From an uncultured Granulosicoccaceae bacterium (GTDB lineage: Bacteria > Pseudomonadota > Gammaproteobacteria > CALCKW01): a stretch of DNA of 64,000 nucleotides. The number at the start of each line of letters is the position of its first letter. Positions within the stretch are counted from its first letter, which is position 1. Under the pieces are notes generated by a model. That model ran no database searches and was not told where the DNA came from. It saw nothing but the letters and a program-made list of their open reading frames with translations. Below are positions 54,051 to 64,000 of this stretch, one piece after another. The DNA lies in contig CALCKW010000007.1 in NCBI GenBank assembly GCA_937965695.1, positions 7,106-71,105 of the forward strand, written 5' to 3'. The position numbers and the translations under genes were made by a program.

Positions 54051-55439
54051 CTATATTTTGACCCGCTGCCCAGCTACTGCTAGATTTCCTTCCCAATTGA
54101 AAGAACTCCTTGCGAGCTCCAATAAACCCTTCTTTCCATCGTCATTTCCGTGCACCACATAGAGTTCTGGTTTGTTTTTAAAACCGCTCATCCAACGCTT
54201 GAGATCCACTTGGTCGCCGTGGGCTGATAGACCGCCTACGGTGTGAATTTTTGCATTGTTCTTCAGCCATTTTCCGTGGATTTTTATATCTTCTTCACCC
54301 CTAACCAGTCTACCACCCAGAGTTCCCGGGGACTGATATCCACAAATAATGACGTGGGAATTGGCATTTTCTAGGTTATTTTTTAGGTGATGCAAAATAC
54401 GGCCGCCGTTACACATGCCCGAACCGGCGATGACAATGGCTCCGCCTTTGTGCCTGGCGATGGCTTTGCTCTCATCAACACTTGTCGTTAATCTCAAGTT
54501 CTTCAATGTCGGCATATCTAGCAAGTCTCGACGGAACTTTGTGGCTTCTTTATCGTAAAGATTAGGATGGTCCCAATAGACTTTACTTGCTGCTATTGCC
54601 ATCGGTGAATCTAAATATACTTGCCAATTTTCCATATCCCAATCAACGTAGTGCTCGCCTAAAAGATAAAGTAGCTCCTGACTGCGACCGATTGAAAAAG
54701 CTGGAATTAGAACGTTACCTCCATCCTTAGCAGAAGCGGCCAGTATTTCTCCAAGTTCTTTAACGGTTTCCTCACGCTTGCGGTGTATTCGATTGCCGTA
54801 AGTACTTTCCATCAGTAGCAGGTCCGCATGTGGAATAGGGTAGGGGTCATTGATGATTGGTGTGTCGTATTGTCCAATGTCACCGCTAAATACAAGCGTG
54901 CGCTGTCGATCACCTTCGGTGAGTTTTATCTCTACGATTGCAGAACCCAGTATGTGTCCAGCGTTGTAAAAGCAGACTTCAATTCCAGGTAATAGCTCAA
55001 ATGCATTTTTGTAGTTATGCCCTTTTAAACCGGTAAACACGCCGTTTGCATGCTCTTCGGTGTATAGTGGTAGACGGGGAGATTCGTCTTTCTTCTTTCT
55101 TTTGCGGTTGTAGTAGTCGGCATCTTGTTGCTGCAGTCGCGCAGAGTCTTTGAGTAAAATTTCCACTAGATCTTTTGTGGCGTGCTGGCAATGAATATCA
55201 CCCCGATAGCCTCTGCTTACCAATAGCGGTAGGCGGCCAGAGTGGTCTATGTGTCCGTGGGATAGAACCACTGCATCTATTTTTTCTGCGTCGAAGGGGA
55301 AAGATTCTCGATTGAGTTCTGCGGATGCACGAGAGCCTTGAATTAAGCCGCAATCCAATAACACCGTATGACCATTGCAGCGAAGCAAATGGCAAGAGCC
55401 TGTGACTCGATCAGTGGCTCCATAAAATTCTATGTCCAT
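54051..55439 (-). CDS. MBL-fold metallo-hydrolase of the beta-CASP (RNA-metabolising) family
   Basis: HxHxDH motif LSHGHIDHSG and a C-terminal beta-CASP/RMMBL region. The ATG at 55439 (MDIEFYGATDRVTGSCHLL) is preferred over the track start at 55577. Confidence 0.7.
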   Translation of the reverse strand: MDIEFYGATDRVTGSCHLLRCNGHTVLLDCGLIQGSRASAELNRESFPFDAEKIDAVVLSHGHIDHSGRLPLLVSRGYRGDIHCQHATKDLVEILLKDSARLQQQDADYYNRKRKKKDESPRLPLYTEEHANGVFTGLKGHNYKNAFELLPGIEVCFYNAGHILGSAIVEIKLTEGDRQRTLVFSGDIGQYDTPIINDPYPIPHADLLLMESTYGNRIHRKREETVKELGEILAASAKDGGNVLIPAFSIGRSQELLYLLGEHYVDWDMENWQVYLDSPMAIAASKVYWDHPNLYDKEATKFRRDLLDMPTLKNLRLTTSVDESKAIARHKGGAIVIAGSGMCNGGRILHHLKNNLENANSHVIICGYQSPGTLGGRLVRGEEDIKIHGKWLKNNAKIHTVGGLSAHGDQVDLKRWMSGFKNKPELYVVHGNDDGKKGLLELARSSFNWEGNLAVAGQRVKI

Positions 55440-55470
55440 CAAAAAATTCCTAAATAATTGTTCGTCGGTG

Positions 55471-55498
55471 CTTGAAAAAGAATTGCAGAGCCCTAGAT
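55471..55498 (+). promoter_or_regulatory. Candidate sigma32 heat-shock promoter for ibpA
   Basis: CTTGAAA followed by 13 nt then CCCTAGAT, against the consensus CTTGAAA-N13-15-CCCCATNT. Sits 79 nt upstream of the Hsp20 ATG. Confidence 0.45.
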
Positions 55499-55576
55499 AG
55501 TGGGTGCGGGGGTGAGTCTCTAAGAAGATCATTGCCGCATAATTTGAACCTATCGCTTCACAGTAAGGATATAACA

Positions 55577-56053
55577 ATGACTACTATCGATTTTTCTCCA
55601 CTATTTCGCAACAGTGTTGGTTACGACCGCATGGCTCATATGCTTAATTCTACTCTGCGCACAGAGCAACCGAGCCAAGGTTATCCGCCTTATAACATTG
55701 AAGTCACCGAAGAGAATCACTATGCCATAACTCTTGCAATTGCTGGTTTCACGGAATCAGAGTTGGATATCCAGTCAGAGAAAGGTGTACTGACCATACG
55801 GGGGCGTAAGGCAAGTGATACCGAAGATACAGAGCGTAACTTTCTGTACCGCGGCATTGCAAATCGTAGCTTTGAACGCAAATTTAATCTAGCGGACCAT
55901 GTGGAGGTCACCGGCGCTGAATTACGCGACGGAATACTGAGTGTGGGCCTCGTGAAAGAGGTACCTGACGCAATGAAACCTCGGAAAATTTCGATTAACG
56001 GTAAAAGCACCCAGCCGCTTGATCACCAGCCGAGAACGGTAACTGCTGCGTAA
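55577..56053 (+). CDS. ibpA: Small heat-shock protein (Hsp20/alpha-crystallin, IbpA-like)
   Basis: AAGGA RBS then ATG. MTTIDFSPLFRNSVGYDRMAHMLN...NYHAITLAIAGFTESELDIQSEKGVLTIRGRK is IbpA-like. The track start at 55472 falls inside the promoter. Confidence 0.85.
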   Translation: MTTIDFSPLFRNSVGYDRMAHMLNSTLRTEQPSQGYPPYNIEVTEENHYAITLAIAGFTESELDIQSEKGVLTIRGRKASDTEDTERNFLYRGIANRSFERKFNLADHVEVTGAELRDGILSVGLVKEVPDAMKPRKISINGKSTQPLDHQPRTVTAA

Positions 56054-56071
56054 AAAACGCCGCTATTTAGA

Positions 56072-56108
56072 AGGGGCCCCCATTTAGAGCATGGGGGCCT
56101 TTTTTTTG
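56072..56108 (+). terminator. Rho-independent terminator after ibpA
   Basis: AGGGGCCCCCAT-ttagagc-ATGGGGGCCT followed by TTTTTTTT. Confidence 0.7.
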
Positions 56109-56414
56109 CGCTAATAACTTCAAAACATGATCCTACCAAGACCTAAACCAAAAGCATTTTTTCTAATAGCGCTTTCTGGCCTTGCACTTGCAGTAGCAGA
56201 ACTGTCCCTAGCTTAAAGCTAAGTGGACGTCGCTTGATGATACATGCTCGATTTGCCAGATTTGACTGGTAACGGAATATTGAAATTAAGAGCACGGCTG
56301 AGTTTTTAGCCCCACAGATTATCGGTGACGGAATCAGCAGAACGCCGCTTGAGTTGAACTCCTGCGTGGCGTGCAAACTGAAAGAATTCGAGCTACAAAA
56401 TTTGAGAGTTGATT

Positions 56415-57227
56415 ATGGCGAAGCGATTGGCCCCTAGCGGCCGCCAGAAGTTAGAAAAAGAGATTTGTCACAATATCTCGTTGTTGAGAGACAACACGGA
56501 CGATTGCGAAGACTACATTGCTGAACTAGAAGCGATGCTGAGACAACAGAAATCGGAGACTGAGGCTGCTAAATCTGCGTTGGCTGACTCTAATAACAAG
56601 TTAGCGCAGGCTACTGGCCGCATTGAAGCACAAAAAGACGATATTCAAACCATGCGCACTGACGCGAAACTAGCCGCTTTGCAGCAAGCGGCAAGTGACA
56701 AAGAGTTAGCGGGTTTGCAGACGCAGTTACAAGACGCTTTGAACGACGGACAGCTTTTCGCCGACGAGCTGCGCAGTAAACTGGCTGCCGAACAAAAGGC
56801 CAATGAAGCCGAATTGGAGCGTCGTGACGCTTTAGAGAAAGAGATCAGCAACAAGTTTGAAGCTGCTGAGGCGGCACGGGTTGAACAAGTCGCTGTTAGT
56901 GAGGCTCTCAAAGAAGAATTAGATCAATTGCACCTGACTATCAATGAATACCGTGAATGTGACACAGCATTGCGCGAACGCATAGCTGTTCTTGAACAAT
57001 TATTGTCTGAGGAACGTAAAAAGGCTGGTCAAGATCTGCTGTTACGAATCATGGAGCTTGAGACAATGTTGGAATCCGAGCGTACAAAGGTAGACGACTT
57101 GGATGAGATGCCAACAGTTGTTCACGTGAGTCATGCCAGCGCTCTTAAGCCTTCTGTTACCAAAACAACGACAACTACAAGCAGTATTAGCTCGCAGAAA
57201 AAGAGTAACAAGCGCAACAACGGGTAG
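56415..57227 (+). CDS. Coiled-coil protein with Ser/Thr-rich basic C-terminal tail (hypothetical)
   Basis: ~270 aa, almost entirely heptad-like A/E/L/K/Q-rich sequence ending TKTTTTTSSISSQKKSNKRNNG. ATG at 56415 with a GAGAG RBS. Confidence 0.45.
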   Translation: MAKRLAPSGRQKLEKEICHNISLLRDNTDDCEDYIAELEAMLRQQKSETEAAKSALADSNNKLAQATGRIEAQKDDIQTMRTDAKLAALQQAASDKELAGLQTQLQDALNDGQLFADELRSKLAAEQKANEAELERRDALEKEISNKFEAAEAARVEQVAVSEALKEELDQLHLTINEYRECDTALRERIAVLEQLLSEERKKAGQDLLLRIMELETMLESERTKVDDLDEMPTVVHVSHASALKPSVTKTTTTTSSISSQKKSNKRNNG

Positions 57228-57570
57228 TTTCAAGCCTGGTTTAGGGCTATAGACTGACTTCCCCTTAGAGAAAGTCAGTCATTTTGCGTGCATGAAATAT
57301 TGAAAGTGAGCTTTGTTCTCCACCTTACATCGATGTCAGCGTTATACTAGGGTGCTTTCCTTAAAACGGCTAAAAGCTTAATGAACGAATGTTGAGGCTG
57401 ATCAGGAGTGGTTTTCTCACGAAAATTTAGGTTGTCGCGATGTCACTTACATCCTGATGCCCCTTTCCGATGCTGGAACCCGTTTTTTCTCGGGTTTGTT
57501 GACTCACATACCTCGTTTTATTCGAGCCGCGTTTTCTGGATTACTTTTATTATTTAAGTAGAACTCCAGT

Positions 57571-59451
57571 ATGCAATACCCAGATAAATTTGATGTCCTC
57601 GTTGTTGGTGGTGGCCATGCTGGAACTGAAGCTGCGCTAGCTGCAGCTCGCATGGGCGCACGTACTCTTTTGCTTACGCACAATATTGAAACCATTGGTC
57701 AGATGAGCTGCAATCCAGCCATCGGTGGTATCGGTAAAGGCCATTTGGTCAAAGAGATCGATGCACTCGGTGGCGCCATGGCGACGGCGGCCGATTTTGG
57801 TGGAATTCAATTTCGTACGCTGAATGCGCGCAAAGGTCCGGCTGTTCGCGCTACTCGAGCACAGGCTGATCGTGCCCTATACAAAGCTGCCATTCGTAGG
57901 ATTGTCGAAAACCAACCCAATCTCACTTTATTTCAGCAGTCTGCAGATGATTTGCTCTTAAAGGGAGACAAGGTTGTTGGCGTACTTACCCAAAGCGGAA
58001 TTGAGTTTTCTGCGCAAAAAGTTGTTCTGACTGCCGGCACCTTTTTGGGTGGTTTAATACATATTGGGCCCACCAAGTTACAAGGTGGTCGGGCCGGAGA
58101 TCCTGCGTCACTTAGTTTGGCTGCGAGGCTTCGGGAGTTAGAGCTGCGAGTTGGCCGTCTGAAGACCGGCACTCCTCCGCGCTTGGATGCACGCAGCTTA
58201 GACTTTTCATTGATGGCTGAGCAGCCTGGCGATGAGCCTGTGCCAGTGTTTTCATACTTAGGCAGCGCGAAAGATCATCCGCAACAAATTAGCTGTCATA
58301 TCACTTACACTAACGAAAAAACTCACCAAATAATTGCTGATAATTTGCACCAGTCGGCTATGTATGCGGGAGAAATTGAGGGTACAGGTCCGCGCTATTG
58401 CCCTTCGATAGAAGATAAAGTTGTTCGCTTTGCTGATAGAGACCGGCATCAGATCTTCGTTGAGCCGGAAGGGCTAGAGACGCATGAAATCTATCCCAAT
58501 GGACTTTCAACGAGCTTACCTTTTGAAGTTCAACTCGATTATATAAGATCTATAGAGGGTTTTGAGCGAGCTCATATTACAAGGCCGGGATATGCCATAG
58601 AATATGATTATTTTGACCCGCGAGACTTGGGTCAGGATTTACAGTGTCGTGATATTTCAGGCTTGTATTTCGCAGGGCAAATAAATGGCACCACTGGGTA
58701 CGAAGAGGCTGGTGCTCAAGGATTGCTTGCTGGTGCGAATGCCGTGCTTGCGTTAAGAGGAGAGCCTGCTTGGAGCCTTCGTCGAGACGAGGCGTATATC
58801 GGCGTGATGGTCGATGATTTGACCACATTGGGCACGCATGAACCCTATCGCATGTTTACCAGTAGAGCGGAACACCGGTTGCTGTTGCGTGAAGATAATG
58901 CGGATGTTCGCTTAAGCGAGACAGGCTATCGCTTAGGTTTAGTGGATGAGGCACGCTGGTCTTCATTCAATCATAAGCGAGATGCTGTGGCTCGAGAGCA
59001 GCAACGTCTCAAAGAGACGTTTATTCGCCCAGGCGACTTAGGTGATGCTCGGGAGAAAATCCTATTGGGGGATAAACTCGGCAAAGAACAGCGTTTAGAT
59101 GAATTGTTGCGAAGACCAGAGGTCACCTATGAGGGTATTTTGGCGGCGGATTTAGGGCCGGAAGAAACGATTAACCCGGAAATAGCCCAGTTAGTCGAAA
59201 CCCAGATTAAGTATGCTGGTTATATCGATCGTCAGCAGGCAGAAATTTTAAAAGCACGGCGATTAGAGAACACAGTTTTGCCTGAGAGTATGAATTTTGA
59301 AGGTCTAACTGGGCTTTCTAATGAAGTTCAGCAAAAATTAGTGCAGGCAAGGCCAGGCACTATTGGGCAAGCAGCTAGGATTCCCGGTGTGACACCCGCA
59401 GCGGTTTCTTTATTGCTGGTGCACGCGCGCAAACATCGATATGCGGGCTGA
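57571..59451 (+). CDS. mnmG: tRNA uridine 5-carboxymethylaminomethyl modification enzyme MnmG (GidA)
   Basis: [29 protein letters not shown]..., 626 aa. Confidence 0.95.
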   Translation: MQYPDKFDVLVVGGGHAGTEAALAAARMGARTLLLTHNIETIGQMSCNPAIGGIGKGHLVKEIDALGGAMATAADFGGIQFRTLNARKGPAVRATRAQADRALYKAAIRRIVENQPNLTLFQQSADDLLLKGDKVVGVLTQSGIEFSAQKVVLTAGTFLGGLIHIGPTKLQGGRAGDPASLSLAARLRELELRVGRLKTGTPPRLDARSLDFSLMAEQPGDEPVPVFSYLGSAKDHPQQISCHITYTNEKTHQIIADNLHQSAMYAGEIEGTGPRYCPSIEDKVVRFADRDRHQIFVEPEGLETHEIYPNGLSTSLPFEVQLDYIRSIEGFERAHITRPGYAIEYDYFDPRDLGQDLQCRDISGLYFAGQINGTTGYEEAGAQGLLAGANAVLALRGEPAWSLRRDEAYIGVMVDDLTTLGTHEPYRMFTSRAEHRLLLREDNADVRLSETGYRLGLVDEARWSSFNHKRDAVAREQQRLKETFIRPGDLGDAREKILLGDKLGKEQRLDELLRRPEVTYEGILAADLGPEETINPEIAQLVETQIKYAGYIDRQQAEILKARRLENTVLPESMNFEGLTGLSNEVQQKLVQARPGTIGQAARIPGVTPAAVSLLLVHARKHRYAG

Positions 59452-59814
59452 ACTATCCATTGATCAACTAGCGCACATGTCTTCTTGATGGTCAGTCTTC
59501 ACCCAATAACTTGTCTAAGGTGCTGTGGGCATCACAAGGATTAGTTGAGTAGGGCTAATGCCGTCGATTGTAAAAGTCGAGGTTGTTTTTTGTCTTCTAG
59601 CAGTAGCGGGCTTTTATATTACTGCTCGCTTAAAGGCGGCGCGGTATACTGAAGCGATCTAATTCAAGCTTCACCCGATCTTTCATTCCTAGTAGAGCGA
59701 GCGCGTCGTGTTGCAATTGTCACGCGATTTTCTGCGATTCTATATTAAGAGCTTTTGTCAATTTTTTGCATCGCTCAGGTGACGTGAGAGCTTTACAAGT
59801 AAGCCAAGGACAAA

Positions 59815-60441
59815 ATGACGCCAGAACAAAGATTGAATGAGGGCCTAGTTGGCCTAGATGTCAGGTTGCCTGATGATACGAAGACGCAACTTTTGCGCTA
59901 TGTTGGCGAACTGTTTAAGTGGAACAAAGCCTACAACCTTACGGCAGTTAGAGATGTCGAAGGCATGGTAATTCGCCATCTTCTTGACAGTATCAGTGTA
60001 CTATCGGTAGTGACCGACGAGCGTTGTCTAGATCTGGGCACTGGGGCCGGGTTGCCTGGACTCGTGTTGGCCATTATCAACCCAGATCAACACTGGACTC
60101 TGCTCGACAGTAACGGTAAAAAAACAAGATTTCTCACGCATGCCAGAATTGTTTTGGATCTGAAAAACGTAACTGTAGTCAACGCTCGTGTTGAAAAGTG
60201 GCAGAATGATGAGTTGTTTGACGTAGTTGTATCTAGGGCGTTTACCGAGTTGTCGAGATTTGCGGAACTCGCCAGTCCTTTTTGTTCACCTGGAGGCCGA
60301 GTCATTGCAATGGTCGGCAAGGACCCAGACGTGGCGATTGATGACGTAGTAGGGGGTTGCAGAGTGAGCTCGGTAAAATCGCTGAAAGTGCCGTTTGATG
60401 AAGCAGAGCGCCATTTGGTGCAACTACAACCAACCAACTGA
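59815..60441 (+). CDS. rsmG: 16S rRNA (guanine527-N7)-methyltransferase RsmG (GidB)
   Basis: 208 aa SAM-dependent methyltransferase (LDLGTGAGLPGL) directly before parA. Confidence 0.9.
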   Translation: MTPEQRLNEGLVGLDVRLPDDTKTQLLRYVGELFKWNKAYNLTAVRDVEGMVIRHLLDSISVLSVVTDERCLDLGTGAGLPGLVLAIINPDQHWTLLDSNGKKTRFLTHARIVLDLKNVTVVNARVEKWQNDELFDVVVSRAFTELSRFAELASPFCSPGGRVIAMVGKDPDVAIDDVVGGCRVSSVKSLKVPFDEAERHLVQLQPTN

Positions 60442-60464
60442 AGTCGAGAATTCTGGCGAGTTTT

Positions 60465-61313
60465 ATGGCACGTACCATTGCAATAACCAATCAAAAAGGC
60501 GGTGTGGGTAAAACCACGACGGCAGTCAATCTAGCGGCGTCTCTCGCGGCGACAAACCGTCGAGTGCTACTGATCGACATGGATCCGCAGGGAAACGCTA
60601 CGACGGGCAGTGGTATTGATAAAAACGACGTGTCGTTGTCTGCTTACCATGTATTGGTTGGGGAGAGCAGTGCTGCTGAAGCAGTTATACCGGTGGCCGA
60701 TTACCAGTTCGATGTACTGGCCGCCAACGGTGATTTGACTGCGGCAGAAGTGAAATTGATGGATAAATTAGCGCGAGAGCAAAAGCTTCATAAAGCAATG
60801 GAGCCTATCCAGCCTCACTATGATTATATTCTGATCGATTGCCCTCCCTCACTGAATTTGCTCACTTTAAACGCGTTGGTTGCCGCAGATGGTGTGATGA
60901 TACCGATGCAGTGCGAGTACTATGCACTTGAAGGGCTGTCGGCACTTATTTCCACCATTGAAGATGTGAGGCATTCAGTCAATCCTAGACTCACTATTGA
61001 AGGGCTTCTGCGCACAATGTACGACGGGCGCAGTAATTTAGGTAACGATGTTTCGCAGCAATTGGTCAGGCACTTTGGCGATAAGGTGTATCGGACAATC
61101 GTTCCTCGCAATATTAGGTTGGCTGAAGCGCCTAGCCATGGGATGCCTGTGATATATCACGACAAAACCTCTCGCGGAGCGCTAGCCTATCTGGCGCTCG
61201 CGGGAGAGATAATTCGACGAGATGCCCTGAAGCGAAAACTCGAAGCTCCCGCCACCCATTCCCATGACGCAACAACGAATAACAACGAGACGGAGACTTC
61301 CAATGGCCACTAA
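60465..61313 (+). CDS. parA: Chromosome partitioning ATPase ParA (Soj)
   Basis: MARTIAITNQKGGVGKTTTAVNLAASLA has the deviant Walker A. Confidence 0.9.
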   Translation: MARTIAITNQKGGVGKTTTAVNLAASLAATNRRVLLIDMDPQGNATTGSGIDKNDVSLSAYHVLVGESSAAEAVIPVADYQFDVLAANGDLTAAEVKLMDKLAREQKLHKAMEPIQPHYDYILIDCPPSLNLLTLNALVAADGVMIPMQCEYYALEGLSALISTIEDVRHSVNPRLTIEGLLRTMYDGRSNLGNDVSQQLVRHFGDKVYRTIVPRNIRLAEAPSHGMPVIYHDKTSRGALAYLALAGEIIRRDALKRKLEAPATHSHDATTNNNETETSNGH

Positions 61314-62214
61314 AAAACGCGCGCTCGGCAAAGGCCTTGAAGCACTGCTCGGCGGTGGCTCCGATTTAAACGCACTAGAGCAGCCGCTGCAGCGCGCTGA
61401 GCCCCAGGCAGTACCGCTTGAACAAGCATTGAACAGTGGGGATTCATTGCGTGAAATTCCCGTCGATCTTATCGCCCGATGCGCCTTTCAGCCGCGCCGA
61501 CACTTTGACGAGAGTGCGCTAAAAGAGCTGGCAGACTCCATAAAATCGCAAGGCTTGATACAACCTATAGTGGTTCGTCCCAAAGCAGATGGTTATGAGT
61601 TGGTGGCTGGCGAGAGACGTTGGAGAGCAATGCAGATAGCGCAGTTGCACACCATAAAGGCTATTGTGCGCAATCTGAGTGACGGTGAGGCCGCCGCTCA
61701 TGCGCTCATTGAGAACATTCAGCGAAAAGACCTTAACCCCATTGAAGAAGCCTCAGCCCTCGACAGGTTATTAAAAGAATTTGGTCAGACTCACGCCCAA
61801 GTTGCTGAAAGCGTTGGTCGATCCAGAGCGGCCGTGAGCAATTTGCTGCGCCTTTTAGAGTTGCGAGAAGAGATCAAAGAGCTATTAGAAAGCGAGCAAC
61901 TGAGTATGGGTCATGCGCGTGCCTTGATTCCGCTTGACGGTGCAGAGCAGCTGACCATTGCGCAACGCGTGATCCAAGATGACTTGAGCGTCAGAGCGAC
62001 AGAAACGTTAGTAAAACAACGTTTAACTCAGGGTATCGAAAAGACAAAATCAGCCGTTGTTATAGATCCTAACATTCGAGACTTGGCTGAAAACCTAGGT
62101 CAAAGACTGGGGGCAAAAGTTCTTATAAAACAAGGACAGAAAGGAAAGGGGCAGGTGGTCATATCCTACGACTCTCTGATTCAGCTAGACGGTATACTCA
62201 GTCACATCAAATAG
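61303..62214 (+). CDS. parB: Chromosome partitioning protein ParB
   Basis: MATKKRALGKGLEALLG plus the ParB box GERRWRA and an HTH. The ATG at 61303 is preferred. Confidence 0.9.
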   Translation: MATKKRALGKGLEALLGGGSDLNALEQPLQRAEPQAVPLEQALNSGDSLREIPVDLIARCAFQPRRHFDESALKELADSIKSQGLIQPIVVRPKADGYELVAGERRWRAMQIAQLHTIKAIVRNLSDGEAAAHALIENIQRKDLNPIEEASALDRLLKEFGQTHAQVAESVGRSRAAVSNLLRLLELREEIKELLESEQLSMGHARALIPLDGAEQLTIAQRVIQDDLSVRATETLVKQRLTQGIEKTKSAVVIDPNIRDLAENLGQRLGAKVLIKQGQKGKGQVVISYDSLIQLDGILSHIK

Positions 62215-62247
62215 AGCTCTGAGTTTAGATTATAAAGCCGACGCAGC

Positions 62248-62276
62248 TTGACCCTCCTCCGTGCTGTACCTATAAT
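62248..62276 (+). promoter_or_regulatory. Near-consensus sigma70 promoter for the atp operon
   Basis: TTGACC followed by 17 nt then TATAAT, upstream of atpI. Confidence 0.55.
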
Positions 62277-62317
62277 CTCATCGGTTCACAAGCTTATGCC
62301 GCGGCGCACAATAGCGC

Positions 62318-63584
<1,267 letters not shown>

Positions 63585-63617
63585 CTTTACCTTTTTATCT
63601 TTAAACCAATTCATTGA

Positions 63618-63863
<246 letters not shown>

Positions 63864-63936
63864 TTAAAGCTGTTGAAAAAGGGGTGCGACTGGCTAAGCC
63901 GGTTGCGCAAACACAGGCGAACTTGAGAGGTGTGAC

Positions 63937-64000
63937 GTGAATCTCAATCTCACGATTTTAGGACAAGCGATTTCCTTCGGGATCTTCGTGTGGTTCTGTA
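63937..64000 (+). CDS. atpF: F0F1 ATP synthase subunit b (5' partial, runs off the window)
   Basis: GTG start. VNLNLTILGQAISFGIFVWFC is typical of the AtpF N-terminus. Confidence 0.55.
   Translation, partial: MNLNLTILGQAISFGIFVWFC

Noticed and set aside
55472-55576. Upstream extension of the Hsp20 ORF (MKKNCRALDSG...)
   Set aside because: It begins inside the putative sigma32 promoter and lacks an RBS. The canonical IbpA N-terminus MTTIDFSPLFR starts at 55577 with an AAGGA RBS.
53797-57570. E. coli-type oriC between mnmE and mnmG
   Set aside because: No TTATCCACA-type DnaA boxes or GATC clustering are seen there, whereas perfect DnaA boxes flank dnaA. A Pseudomonas-type origin is more likely.

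Overview
This window is the replication-origin-proximal region of a gammaproteobacterial chromosome. Conserved Pseudomonas-like synteny runs through it: ubiE-ubiJ-ubiB, hslVU, polB, xerC-DUF484-dapF-lysA, argH, hemCDXY, ubiD, prlC, then the origin block gyrB-recF-dnaN-dnaA | rpmH-rnpA-yidD-yidC-mnmE ... mnmG-rsmG-parA-parB-atpIBE(F). Three parS sites, DnaA boxes and a consensus sigma70 promoter for the atp operon are visible. Several accessory insertions interrupt this backbone.

- (i) 4.2-5.9 kb: a short BLUF blue-light photoreceptor, divergent from a cobalamin riboswitch that controls only a ~90-aa unknown ORF.
- (ii) 10.8-16.8 kb: a co-directional cluster headed by a soluble TraG/VirD4-like (type IV coupling protein family) ATPase with no transmembrane anchor, a 600-bp AT-rich block, and two membrane proteins (one DUF3592-type) that share a paralogous C-terminal '2 TM + cytoplasmic domain' module, with HAD and GFA genes between them. 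This is the best candidate for an undescribed system.
- (iii) An aromatic-amino-acid decarboxylase gene paired with an Eis-like GNAT acetyltransferase gene.
- (iv) A low-GC orphan prepilin gene.
- (v) A beta-CASP MBL hydrolase, a sigma32-driven ibpA and a coiled-coil protein inserted between mnmE and mnmG.

A ~95-170 bp MITE-like element with 9-bp terminal inverted repeats (CTAGGGAGC...GTTCCCTAG) occurs twice, plus a fragment, at island boundaries. No CRISPR array, rRNA or tRNA was seen.
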